Shown here one piece after another: positions 11,277 through 24,295 of a stretch of DNA of 64,000 nt (position 1 is the first letter of the stretch; each line of letters opens with the position of its first letter). The stretch comes from Leucoraja ocellata (Eukaryota), in assembly GCA_036785375.1 (NCBI GenBank), contig JAWMAR010000001.1, positions 4,464,001 through 4,528,000 on the forward strand. The letters run 5' to 3'. A program made the translations under genes and the position numbers. The notes under the pieces are model-generated. The model saw only the letters and a list, made by a program, of their open reading frames with translations, was not told the DNA's origin and made no database searches.

Positions 11277-14128
11277 TAGACAATAGGTGCAGGAGTAGGC
11301 CATTCGGCCCTTCGAGCCAGTGATCTTGTGATCATGATCACTGTGATCATGGCTGATCATTCAAAATCAGTACCGCGATCTTGCCTTCTCCCTATATCCC
11401 TTGACTCTATCTTTATCTTACTCTATCTTTAACATCTCTCTAACTCTCTCTTGAAAGCATCCAGAGAATCGGCCTCCACTGCCTTCTGAGGCAGAGAATT
11501 CCACAGACTCACAACTCTCTGGGTGAAAAAAAAATTCTGCATCTCTGTTCTTAATGGCCTACCATTAGCAATAGCAAGAATGTCCTTCCTCAAATTTGGA
11601 GACCAAAACTGCACACAATACTCCAGGTGTGGTCACATCAGGGCCCTGTACAACTGCAGAAGGACCTATTTGCTCCTATACTCAACTCTTGTTTTTGACG
11701 GCCAACATGCTATTAGTTTTCTTCACTGCCTGCTGTACCTGCATGATTACTTTCAGTGACTGATGTACAAGGACACCCAGATCTCATTGTACTTCCACTT
11801 TTCTGATATTGTGTGTAAGAAAGAACTGCAGATGCTGGTTTAAATCAAAGGTTTTTCTCCAGCATTTTGTGTTTACCATTCAGATAATACCTTCCTGTTC
11901 TTGCCACCAAATTGGATAACCTCACATTTATCCACATTAAATTGCATCTGCCATGCATCTGCCCACTCACCCAACCTGTCCAAGCCACCCTGCATCCTCG
12001 TAGCATCCTCCACACAGTTCACACTGCCACCCAGCTTTGTGTCATTGCAAATTTGCTAATGTTACTTTTAATCCCTTCATCTAAATCATTAATGTATAGT
12101 GTAAATAGCTGCGGCATCGAGCCTTGTGGTACCCCACTAGTCACTGCCTGCCATTCTAAAAGGGACCCGTTAATACCTACTCTTTGTTTCCTGCCTGTCA
12201 CCCAATTTTCTATCCATGTCAGTACCCTACCTGCCAATACCATGTGCTCTAATTTTGCGCATTAATCTCCTATGTGGGACCTTATCAAAGGCTTTCTGAA
12301 AGTCCAGGTACACTACATCCACTGGCTCTCCCTTCTCCATTTTCCTGGTCACATCCTCAAAAAATTTCAGAAGATTAGTCAAGCATGATTTCCCCTTCGT
12401 AAATCCATGCTGACTTGAACCAATCCTGTTACTGCTATCCAGATGTGCCGGCATTTCACCTTTTATAATTGACTCCAGCATCTTCACCACCATCGATGTC
12501 AGGCTAACTGGTCTATAATTCCCTGTTTCCTCTCTCCCTAATTTTTTAAAAAGTGGGATAACATTAGCTACCCTCCAATCCACAGGAACTGATCCTGAAC
12601 CTATAGAACATTGGAAAATATTTACCAATGCGTCCACGATTTCTAGAGCCACCTCCCTGGGATACAGACCATCAGGCCCTGGGGATTTATCAACCTTCAG
12701 TCCCAACACCATTTCCTGCCTAATGTGAAATTCCTTCAGTTCCTCCGTGTCACCCTAGGTCCTCTGGCCACCAGTACATCTGGGAGATTGTTTGTGCCTT
12801 CCTTTGTGAAGACACATCCAAAGTACCTGTTCAAATCGTCTGTCATTTCCTTGTTCCCCATAATAAATTCACCAGTTTCTGTCTTCACGGGACCCACATT
12901 TGTCTTAACTAATTTTTTCCTCTTCACATACCTAAAGAAACTTTTACTATCCTCCTTTATATTTTTAGCAAGCTTACCTTCGAACCTCATCTTTTCTCCC
13001 CATATTGCCTTTTTAGTTATCCTCTGTTGCTCTTTAAACATTACCCAATCCTCTTGCTTCCCACTCATCTTTGCTACATTGTACTTCTCTTTTATTTTAT
13101 ACTGTCCCTGATGTTCCTTGTCAGCCACAATCGCCTCTTACTCCCCTTGGAATCTTTCTTCTTCTTTGAATGAACTGATCCTGCACCTTCTGTATTATTC
13201 CCAGAAATACCTGCCATTGTTGTTCCACTGTCATCCCCGCTAGGGTATTTTTCCAGTCAACTTTAGCCAGCTCCTCCCTCATGCCTCCATAGTCCCCTTT
13301 GCTCAACTGTAATACTGACACTTCCGATTTTCCCTTCTCCCTCTCAAATTGTAGATTACAACTTATCATATTATGGTCACTACCTCCTAATTGCTCCTTC
13401 ACCTGGAGTTCCCTTATCAAATCCAGTTAATTACACAACACTAAATCCAGAATTCTCTTCTCCCTGGTTGGCTCCAGTACAAGCTGCTCTAAGAATCCAT
13501 CTCGGAGGCACTCCACAAACTCACTTTCTTGGGGTCCAGCATCAACATGATTTTCGCAATCTACCTGCATGTTGAAATCTCCCATAACCTCTGTAGCATT
13601 ACCTTTTCTCCATGCCAATTTTAACTTGATTCAACTTGCACCCTGTATCCAGGCTACTGTTTGGGGGCCTGTAGGTAACTCCCATTAGGGTATTTTTACC
13701 CTTACATTTCTTTAGTTCTATCCTTACTGACTCTACATCTCCTGATTTTCTGTCATCCCTCGCAAGGGACTGAATTGCATTCCTTACCTACAGAGCGATC
13801 CCATCCCCTCTGCCCACCTGTCTCTCTTTTCGATAGGAATATTCAGTTCCCAGCCCCGGTCCTCTTGCAGCCGTGTCTCTGTAATTCCCACAACATCAAA
13901 CTTGCCAGTCTCTAACTGAGCCTCAAGCTCATCCACTTTATTTCTTATACTTCGCGCATTCATATACAACACTTTAACTTCAGTATTCACCTCCCCTCTC
14001 ACTATTGGCCCTGACCTTACTCTCTTATCCTTTCTCGAACTTTCCTTCCCATTAATTCGGGAGTCTTTTGTAACTTTTCCTGTACTCACTTACCCTTTAA
14101 CTCCATCCTTATACTCCCATTTTGTCAA
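11277..14128 (-). mobile_element. CR1/HER1 LINE, decayed ORF2 (APE endonuclease + RT) with internal deletions
   Basis: NARSIRNKVDEL..VGITET, GDFN, LDLVL, SDHN (endonuclease); KSPGPDG, NYRPVSLTS, QHGF, YLDFQKAFDKVPH, SGVPQGS (RT); FFTQRVVSLWNSLP C-terminus. A small Penelope-like repeat is inserted at ~11808-11878. Confidence 0.93.
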
Positions 14129-14134
14129 GACCAG

Positions 14135-15441
14135 TGTATTGTTTTATTGTCATATGTCCCAGATAGAACAATGAAATTCTTACCTGCTGCAGCACAACAG
14201 AATATGTAATCATAATAAAAAATATAACAAAAACTCAGAAAAACCCCCAAACAATAACAGTGCAATAATAATAATAATAATAATAATAGTCTATTGTAGT
14301 TCATAGCTTATGAGGTTGTAATAATAATAATAATACATTTTATTTATGGGCGCCTTTCAAGAGTCTCAAGGACACCTTACAAACATTTAGCAGGTAGAGG
14401 AAAAACATGTAAGGGGAATGAAATAAATAGTAGAGACATGACTAGTACACAAAGTAAAGACAGAATTCAATTCAAAACACAATATGAGGGAATTAATGCA
14501 CAGATGAAAAGGGAGGGGGACGTGGGGCTAAGGATAGACAGAGGTGAAGAGATGGGTCTTGAGGCGGGACTGGAAGATGGTGAGGGACATGGAATTGCGG
14601 ATCAGTTGGAGGAAGGAGTTCCAGAGCCTGGGAGCTGCCCTGGAGAAGGCTCTGTCCTCAAAACTGCGGAGGTTGGATTTGTGGATGGAGAGGAGACCGG
14701 CTGATGTGGATCTGAGGGACCGTGAGGGTTGGTAGGGGGAGAGGAGGTCAGTGAGATATGGGGGGGGCCAGATGGTGGAGGGCTTTGTAGGTGAGGATCA
14801 GGATTTTGTAGGTGATCCGGTGGTTGTAGTGTTTAATACAAAGAAGAAGCTGTTCCTGAACCTGGACATTACAGTTCTCAAGCTCCTGTACCTTCTTCTC
14901 GATGGCAGTGGTGAGATGAGTGTGTGGCCAGGATGGTGTGGGTCTTTAATGATGTTGGCTGCATTTTTGAGGCAGCGACCACGATAGATCCCTTCGATGG
15001 TGGGGAGGTCAGAGCCGGTGATGGCCTGGACAGTGCTTACAACTTTTTGCAGTCCTTTCGGCTCCTGGACGTTCAGGTCCAGTCAATATGCTCTCTGCTG
15101 TGCACCTGTAGAAGTTCAAGAGAATCCTCTTTGACATACCGAATCTCCGTGATCTTCTCAGGAAGTAGTGGCGCTGATGTGCTTTCTTTATGATTGCATC
15201 AGTGAGCTGGTCCAGGAAAGATCGTCGGAAATATGCACGCCCATAAATTTGAAATGTTTGAGTCTCTCCACCATTGTCCCATTGATGTAAACAGGATTGT
15301 GGGTCCTCAACCTTCCCCTTTTGCTGATATTGAGAGCCAGGTTGTTGTGCTGGCACCATATGGTCAGTCGGTCGATCTCACTTCTATACTCTGACTCATC
15401 ACCATCTGTAATTCGTCTCACAACTGTGGCATCGTCAGGCA
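14135..15441 (-). mobile_element. Rex1/Babar-clade LINE 3' fragment, interrupted by L2
   Basis: DDATVVRRITDGDESEYRSEIDRLTIWCQHNNLALN, KKAHQRHYFLRR..LLNFYRCTAESILT; homologous to 59200-60090. Confidence 0.88.
14321..14821 (-). mobile_element. L2-clade LINE, 5'-truncated, with 7-bp TSD
   Basis: Minus strand reads RITYKILILTYKALHHLAPPY..RSLRS..RAFSRAAPRLWNS..FQSRLKTHLF (L2 RT C-terminus). (ATT)n tail; GGTTGTA duplicated at 14314-14320 and 14822-14828. Confidence 0.9.
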
Positions 15442-16067
15442 ATGTAGTGTTTAGGGGCTTTGTCGAAACTGCCTGCTGCACTAAAGGTGGCCTTGGCGGC
15501 CTGCTATGTTCCCAGGCTCACTTAGTGTCAGAGATGTCACCATTATCAAATGCCTTTCAAATAGTCAAAATCAGGCGTTTTTTCTAAAAGTGGAAATAAA
15601 TGTAAAAGGTTTTTAACTTTTATTTAAGCAAATAAATCAAACACTATTTAACAAAAGTGAAAAGGGCTGCACGTTCTCTTGGTAACTAATATCTCGCAAT
15701 TATTTGTGTACCTGCGCAGGATATAACTTGGTGTAGGCTCACAATATGGGAAGTCTGCAGCAGCTGTCCAGATGGTTTTATTTAGAGGAAACTACCAGCA
15801 CATCATGCAGACAGTAGGTAGATGACAAGGTAGAAGCAATGGCTGTGGGCTTAAGCACATGTCAGAGGTAGACACAGGGACCTCCTGAGAAATTTGAGAA
15901 AGTCCTTATAGCATCTAGACCGAATATTTATCCCAAAGAGTTAACGCCCAAAAATTCAGTGACGTAAGTGGATAAATATTAAATTTTCTGGCAAATGTAG
16001 TGACTAAGCGTCACATCTTGCAGTCTTCATCTGTTAAAATGCAAAATCTTTCAGTAATATATATGTA

Positions 16068-19000
16068 CTGGACCAGGTGCGGACCCGTTGGGCGCAGTCG
16101 CCCAACTCAATATTCCACCACTCACCCATAGCCCCCAACTGCGTAAGCACGGCTGACGTGTTCCCGTTGTGACGCTAGCGATCCCCATTGTGACATGAGT
16201 CACGGCAACCCTCCTCCAACTGCGCCTCGCCATCCCTCTTCCTACCTTTATCCTCCTCCATTCCACCACTCCCTCTCCCTCCTCTTCACCTTCCCTCTTC
16301 TTTCCCCTCTCCTCCACCCCTCCCCACTCCCTCCCTCACCTATCCCTCCCTCCCATCCCCTACCGTCAGTCACTCCATCCCACCCTCCATTACCCCACTG
16401 CCCTCTCTACCCCCCTCCTATCCCTCTATCCCCCACCTCCCCCACTCCTCACCTCCCCATCCCACCCCCCCACTCTCCCTCCTCGCCTCCCCCACTGCCC
16501 TTCTCTATCCCCCACTACCTACCTCCCCCTGCTCTCCCTCTATCCCCCTGCCTCCCCCACACTCCCTTCACACCTCCATCACTTTTCCCTCCCTCTCCCT
16601 CCCTACCCCCTCTCTCACTCATTCCCCCCACTCTTCCTCCTCACCTCCCCAGGATCTCATGGGTCCCGCTCTTATCCTTCCACGCGGGCCAGGAGCAGCA
16701 GCGCCGCTGCCCCTAGCCCCAGGGTCAGTGTCCAGGCCCCGGATCCCCCGCGCGGTCTCTCCTCGCAGCGCGAGCTCGGGGCAACAACAGCGCCGCCGCC
16801 CCCAGACCCAGCATCAGCGCCTAGGCCCCGGATTCCAGGCGCAGCTCTCCCCGCCCTTCCCTCCCTACCCATCTCCTCTCCCTCTATCTCCCTGCTCCCC
16901 CACTCCTCATCTCCCTCATCCCACTCTCCCTCCTCACCTCCCCCACTGCCCTCCTCTCCCTCTATCCCCCACTCCCTACTTCTCCCACTCCCCCGTACTC
17001 TCCCTCTATCCCCCCCTCCTACCCCACGCTCCCTCAACACCTCCCTCACGTTCCCCTCCCTACCCCCTTCCTCTCCCTCTATCCTTCAGCTCCACCACTC
17101 CTCATCTCCCCCCTATCCCACCCCCCCCCTCCCCCCACAATGAAAATCGTGATGTTTTTTATTTTTAATGTAATCTCCCCCCAAGAAATTGATGAAAACT
17201 TTTTTTGAAAATCACGTTTTTTTGTCATGTAAATGAGATTCGGGATCCCTTTGTGACGTCATAAGCGGCTAACTGGCAGGGCGTGGAGAAGTGATTTGTG
17301 TAAAAGTGTTTTTTGTAAAGTTTAAAATGGGAATAACTTGTAACATCAATCAGAACGAAACATGCCACAGCGCACGCCAGGACAATGGTAAGGTGGGCCA
17401 AAAATTGTAGCGCTATCGTGTACCGTTTTGGCGTAGTTTTGGGATCACCCTCATACGCACGCACGCACGCATACAAATAAGATGAGAGTTTTAATAATAT
17501 ACTAGACCAAGTGGGACCCATTGGGTTCGTATCACACGGGAGGCCTGGTTCCCCAACACAATATTCCACCACTCACCCATAGCCCCCAAGGGAGGCCTGG
17601 TCCCCCAACGGTACCCGTTCCCCAAAGCAATATTCCTCCTCCCCTCCCCACTACCTCCCTCACCTCTCCCAGCCTCTCCTTTCCCCTATCCTCAGTCACT
17701 CCCTCCCTCCCTCCATAACCCCTCTCCCCTCCCTACCCCCCTCCTATCCCTCTATCCCCCACCTCCCTTCTCACCTCGCCCACTGCCCTCCTCTTCCCCA
17801 ATCGCCCCACTCTCCCTCCTCAACTCCTCAGGATCACGAAGGTCCGGCTCCTCTCCCTCCTTGTGGGCCCGGAGCAGCAGCGCCGCCGACCCCCAGAGCC
17901 AGCCTCAGCGCCCGAGTCCCGGATCCTCGACACGGCCTCTCCCCGCCCCCAGACCTGGAACAGCAGCAGTGCCGCAGACCCAACTGCTGCTCCAGGCTCG
18001 CAGGCCCTGGATCCCTGCGAGCCTGGAGCAGCAGTAAAATTAAAGGAAACTTACCCATGGAGCCTGAGCGCCAAGGCCCTGGATCCCTGCGAGCCTGGAG
18101 CAGCAGTAAAATTAAAGGAAACTTACCCATGGAGCCGTTGTGTCCATGAGGCGAGGAAAAAAAGATGGTGGTCTGAAATTGTGCAAAGGCAACGCTGAGG
18201 ACCCGTGGGGTGTCCTTTTTGATACCAGTCAAGTAAAGGGGGCAAGTGGGGGCGGGGCAAGTGGTGAGGGCGCTGTTTAAATGTTAAGTTAAAAATGGGA
18301 ATAACTTGTAAAATATAAGATCTTCCCAAATGTCTCCCCTACTTGTGATAAATGTCTCCTTCAGGAAGAAACCATAATTCATTCTTTTGCCTTCTGTATA
18401 AAGCTACATAATTTCTGGAGGGGAATTTTTGACATTTTTTCTAAAATACTTTAAATAAAATTGAACCCCGACACAGAATTGATTACTATAGGTACGTCAG
18501 AAACCTGTTCTGAGCTAACACTATTTCAAAGACGTTTCCTTAATTATGGCCTGATAACGGCGAAAAAATTAATACTTAAATTTTGGAAACACACATCAGC
18601 CCCTACAGTAAAAATGTGGATTACAAACATGTCCGAGACACTACATTTGGAAAATATTAGGCTTGTATTGGCAGAAAAACCAGATCAATGTTTCAAGACA
18701 TGGACACCCTTTACCGAATTCTTACAAAAATAGTATGGCGCAACACAAATTTGGATTTAAATCCAACTATGGGGGGGGGGGGGGGGGGGGACGAGGGGCA
18801 GGTATATCTCCACTTTTTTCTTTTTTACTTTTTTTTTCTTTTTTGCTTTTCCTCTCATACCTTTACTCACTCTTTGGCCACATTACTTTGGTAGTCAAGG
18901 GGTCCTATCTTTTCATTTTTCACCTTTTCCTTCTCTTGTTCTTTCTCTCTTGTTTTCTCTAATTTTCAGGTTAAAATGTCCAAATTGAAGTAGTACAATA

Positions 19001-20975
19001 ATTGTATAATTTTACATGCCGAATGTTTTATTCTTGCACAATTTTTTTAAACTTGTAAAATATAACATCAATCTAAATGAAACTTGCCACAGCATACCCC
19101 AGGACAATGGTGAGTAAGATGGGCCAAAATGTTTAGCGCTATCGTGTACTGTTTTGGCGTAGATTCGGGATCACACTCACATGCACGCATACAAATAAAC
19201 ATGATGAGAGTTTTAGTAATATATACTAGACTGTGCAGACCCGTTGGGCCTGCTCCCCCAACGCAATATTCAACCACTCAACCGTTCCCCCAACGCAACC
19301 CGTTCCCCCACGCAATATTCCACCACTCACGCATAGCCCCCAACTGCGCAGGCGCGGTTCATCTCCCCTCATCCCCAGCACTCCCTCCCCCTCCTCTTCA
19401 CCCTCCCTCTTCTTTCCCCTCTCCTCCCCTCCCCAATCCCTCCATCATCTCTCCCTCCCTCTCCTTTCCCCTAACCTCAATCACCCTCCCTCTCTCCACT
19501 CCCTACCCCCCTCCTACCCCTCTATCCCCCACTCCTCACCTCCGCCTATCTCCCCCCCCCCACTAGCCCACCTGACCCACCCCCCACTCCACTCCTCTCC
19601 CTCTATTCCCCACTCCCTACCTCCCCCACTCCCCCCTCCTCCCATACTCTTCCTCCTCACCTCCCCACTTCCCCCTCTCCCTCCCTACCTCCCCCACTTC
19701 CCCCCTCTCCCTCCCTACCCTCTCCTCTCCTTCAATCCCCCATTCTCCCTCTTCACCTCACCAGGATCTTTCCCCTCTCCTCCTCCTCTCCCCAATCCCT
19801 CCCTCACGTCTCCCTCCCTCCATAAAAAGCAGCATCTGCAGTTCCTTCCTCCACAGGTCATTCATTGTTAGCTGTGGTTTAGATCCCGTTGACTTGACGA
19901 TTGGACCAGTTTGCATCGTGTGTGTGAGTGTGTGTGTTACTCAAACTGCGCGCACAATGAAAATTGCGATGTTTTTTATTATTAAAAAACTCAGCCGCCG
20001 CTCGGCCCGTCCTGCCCGACCGCCGCTGCTGCCGCTCACATGTGCCTTACCTGCCCTGCCTGCTCGCTGCCACCTCCAGGCCTTGCCAAGGGGGGGGGGG
20101 GGGGGGGGGGGCGGAGTGGTGGAGTCGGTGTTCGGCACGGTGAGCCCCACGAATTTCGACGAGCTGGTGGAGATCTCATCCAAGAGGGCCATGAGGGTGA
20201 GTTACAGTAGCGGCAGCGGAGGAGGGATGGTCGCCGCCATTCACCCTGGGGGGCGGGTAGACGGGACCACCATTGCCGCAGATAGATAGATAGAAGATAG
20301 AAAGATAGACCAGGTGGAATATTGCCCCATCCCCCGAGGCAATATTCCACCACTGACCCATAGCCCCCAACTGCGCAAACTGCTCCCTACTCACCTCCCA
20401 CCAACCCCACCCCCCACAATAAAAATCGCTGTTTGTTTTTAAATGAAACCTCCCCACAAGAATTTGATTAAAACTGAGTCTTTTTTAAATCGTAATTTTT
20501 TTATGTAAATGAGATTCGTGACCTCATTGTGACGTCATTGTGAATGAAAACGGAAGAATTTGATTGAAACGGATTTTTTTGAAAATCATTATTTTTAATG
20601 TAAATTAGATTCGGGATCCCACTGTGACGGCTAACGGGCAGGGCGTGGACAAGCAATTTGTGTAAAAGTGGTTTTTGTAAAGTTTAAAATGGTAATAACT
20701 TGTAAAATATAACATCAATCAGAACGAAACATGCCACAGCACACGCCTGGACAATGGTAAGGTGGGCCAAAAATTGTAGTGCTATCGTGTACCTTTTTTG
20801 GCATCGATTTGGGATCACCCTCACACACATGCACGCATACAAATAAGATAAGAGTTTTAGTAATATGCTAGACCAAGTGGGACCCATTGGGTCCCTGTCA
20901 CACGGGAGGAACCCAACGCAATATTCCACCACTCACCCATAGCCCCTACGGGAGCCCTGGTCCCCCAACGGAACT
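16068..20975 (-). mobile_element. Head-to-tail array of non-autonomous Helitron-like units
   Basis: Minus-strand unit ends GGGACCC-AAT-GGGTCCC hairpin + ACTTGGT + CTAG are joined directly to a TATATTAYTAAAACTCT-like 5' end at junctions 17501/17502, 19225/19226 and 20867/20868; degenerate ends at 16068 and ~20306. Units share a ~250-bp 5' block and have C/T-rich low-complexity interiors. Confidence 0.75.
18319..19049 (+). mobile_element. L1-clade LINE 3' fragment nested in a Helitron-like unit
   Basis: IFPNVSPTCDKCLLQEETIIHSFAFCIK.. and KKLILKFWK..; 16-bp TSD AACTTGTAAAATATAA at 18303-18318 and 19050-19065. Confidence 0.9.
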
Positions 20976-22560
20976 CTCCCGTTGAGTTTTTCCAGCATCT
21001 GCCTCACCCGTTGAGTTTTTCCAACATCTGCAGTTCTTTCGTAAACACCCCCAATTACTTTAAGTCATCCTGCAAGCCTTTTTCTACACATCACCAATAC
21101 CAATGTGAAGATTGCCTCTGGTTGTTCACTCTTCTACAAATTATCCTGCAGCTGCTCAGTGATATCTTTCATTCTGTCACCAAGGCAGGTGACATACTAT
21201 TCTGAAATCTTACCTGTGACCTTAGAAACATCTCTGCTGCCTCTAATGACTTTCCTTCTCCCTCTTTATATACTTGATCCACTTGCAGTGCTGTAGTTTT
21301 GATCTGGCTGCACTCCCTAGGGAGTGAGTACTGGCAAAGGAACAAGTTGATCACCAAAATATCCGTTTGGTCTTTTATACACTGGTTGGAAGTTGTCCAG
21401 TTTCTCAGTCTATACTTCCTTGAGCCTGTCAGCCTCATGAGTAGACCACAGTACCAACAGATCTTGCTCGACCTTAACAACCTAGACTTTAAATTGTTTC
21501 ATCTGATGACACTCTGTACGTGGCTTTCCGGGACACTGGAAACACCCAAGAGTTTTTGCTTGGTGCAGGATGTACATTTCATGGGTGTGAGCTACTCTTC
21601 CTGATTGTTGTACATATGCACTGTTGTTGTTGATTATTCTTCAATGATGGTGAGCACAGTGATCCTTATCATCCCTCCAACTACTGTAGTTCCACCCCAA
21701 ATGTTGTCTGTCTATTCCCTCCACAGATGCTGCCTGCCCCGCTGTATTCCTCCAGCTGTTTGATTTTTGCTCAAGATTCTAGCATCTGCTGCTGCTTGTC
21801 TTCAGATGATCACACATTATTAACTGTCAGATCCATAACTTTTCCAGTTAGGGATGTTGTGCTTTCATCCATTTGTGGCTGTGAGTTAAAATTGCTCCTT
21901 TAATTTTAATTGGTAATTCATAGTTTTAACACACATGCAAAAATGCAAACAACAAATCCCATTTTAGCAATGAACCTGTCTGGTTTATTTCACTGCTGCC
22001 TGCTGTACTTTTCTAATTGTGAATCGCACTATAGAAGTTCCTTGAGTGCAATCAGCTGTGAAATATATTTTGCACGTATTCAAAAGAATAAATAGACACT
22101 CTGGATCATGAATTGTGTGTGGTCTGTGCCAAAGATAAACACATCTTGGCTTCATGTGTTTATTCAATTCAGCTGGCTTTGTGGATTGGCTGTGATCCAC
22201 ATAAACAGAACTCTAGCGATGGAAGGATTGGACCCAGGTTCATTGAATACTGACCAAAATCTACAAGTATCCTAGGCAGGTTGATATATAGCAATCTAGT
22301 TCTGTGGAGCACAGGTAAGATGGTTGAGGTTGTGATGAAAATATTTGTGGCAAGATATCCTCAGTCCAAATAGTGATCATCTGTTCCTATCATATTTTGA
22401 CTATTCTTGCATAACAAAAAGCATATATACAATTTATTGGGTGCAAATGGCTTTAAACAACAAATCTTACCCTTTTTATAGGCCCTCTGCACATTTGCTT
22501 GAGGCTTTGCATTTTGAATGATTTCTGTTACTTTGCAGCTCCTAGCTCTGAATCTGACAA

Positions 22561-22785
22561 TGGCACAGCAGGTTGCACTACTGCCTCATCAATGTTACAA
22601 CCAGAGTTTGATCCTGAATCCTGGTAATGAGGTCGTAGAGTTTGCACGCTCTCCCTGAAGCCATGTGGGATTCTTGTAAGAGCTCCAGTTTCCTCCCACT
22701 TCCCAAACTCATGCTGGGTGGATACTGTAAATTATCCCTTACCCTTGGGTAGGGGACCGGAGAATTGGTAGAGAGTTGATGAATA
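22561..22785 (+). mobile_element. Old tRNA-derived V-SINE
   Basis: Degenerate A/B boxes and the V-domain GAGTTTGCACGCTCTCCCTG..CTCCAGTTTCCTCCCACTTCCCAAA; similar to 56282-56595. Confidence 0.65.
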
Positions 22786-22789
22786 TAGA

Positions 22790-23235
22790 ATCATGGAACT
22801 ATACAAAATGCAAACGGGCCCTTCAGCCCAGCACATCCAAGCTGATAATGTTGCCTAAACGAGCTTATCCCACCTGCCTGCACCTGGTTAACATCCCTCC
22901 AAATCTTGCCTATCCAAGTTATTAGACCACCTCTACCACTTCCACTGGTAGCTCATTCCACATATGCACCATTCTCTGAATGAAAACAATGCCCCTCAGA
23001 TTCCATTTAAATCTGTCCCCTCTTTAAACTCTCCTACTCTTGAGAAAAGACTGTGAACATTCATCTTATCTGTGCTGCATATGATTTTATAAGCCTCTAT
23101 CTGTTCACGCCTTGGCCTCCCACACTTCAGTGGGGAAAGAGACCTAGCCTATCCAATCTCTCCTTAAAACACAAGCCCTCTCGACCCTTAATATCCTCAT
23201 GAGTCTTGTTTGCCCCCTTTCCAGCCTTATCATTG
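22790..23235 (-). mobile_element. Old CR1 3' fragment
   Basis: Diverged reverse-complement similarity to the CR1 at 28515-29138. Confidence 0.55.
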
Positions 23236-24295
23236 TGTAAAGGGCAATTGACCTAATGGCCTCTAAAACAACAAATCTACGAACTATTGTAGTTTTGCTT
23301 ATATTGCACGTATTGGTTAAATAATGAAATTCATTAATTTGATATTTAAAAATAGTGTCATGTGCAAAGCCATGCATCAGGGAGGAAAGCTGTATATCCC
23401 ATGTACATGGCCTTCCCTGAATACCTACCAGCCCCATGCATAATATTTACTGGTCTCTGCGTAACCCAGAGTCTGTCTTCAATAGCCAGTATCAGTGTTG
23501 GTATAATTAAGGACTGTGATGTTATTGTAGTATGTTGAGACCACCAGAAATCGTTCATCATGCAGAACTGCATGGAGTGTTCTTCGTTCTGAGTTCCTGC
23601 TCCCAGTTTTGTGTTGCCACATTCCTTGCTTCGATCCAGGCTCTTCACTGAATTCATAAGGATAGCGTAATAGCAGCAGGGTCAGGCCTTTTGGTAAATT
23701 AATGGCTGATCTATCTTCGTGTCATTTTCCAGCAATGTCCCCACAACCTTTGGTTTCTTCGTGGCCCAAAAATCTGACTATCTGTACTGAGTCTACACAG
23801 AGACTGCACTTCGATGGCCTCTGGAGTAGACAATTCCACGGATTTGCCACATTTTCTGATACAGTGCCTCTAATTCGAGACCGCTCAGCAAGTGGAAACA
23901 TTTACCCCATATTTAATGTGTGGCGCCCTTTAAGAATTTTGTATGTGCCAATGTGATCTCTTAATCTTCCAGCCTCTGGAGAATACAGCCGCAGTCTACT
24001 CAGTCTCTCCTTGAATGGCAAATCTGTCACCTGTGAAAGTTGTGTTATGAAAGAAAAAGATTTGTCACCAACATCTTTATTAGATTATGTCTTATTCTTT
24101 ATTCCTTAATGCTAGATTCTCCCACCAGAGGGAATTTCCTCGCCACATTCATCCAACCAGATGAAATATACAACCCCTCAAGCACTTATATATTTCAGTT
24201 GTTGTATCCTACTCTATTAACATCAGCAGAAACAAGCCTAACCTCATAAGACAACCTGCCTTTTATCGGCTGGCAGTAATATCATTTATTGCAGT

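Noticed and set aside
16195-17168. Proline-rich 170-aa ORFs (also 19129-19871)
   Set aside because: Translations of C/T low-complexity tracts within Helitron-like units.
21060-21700. Possible decayed LTR-retrotransposon integrase remnant
   Set aside because: Only a vague compositional impression; no diagnostic motif could be read.
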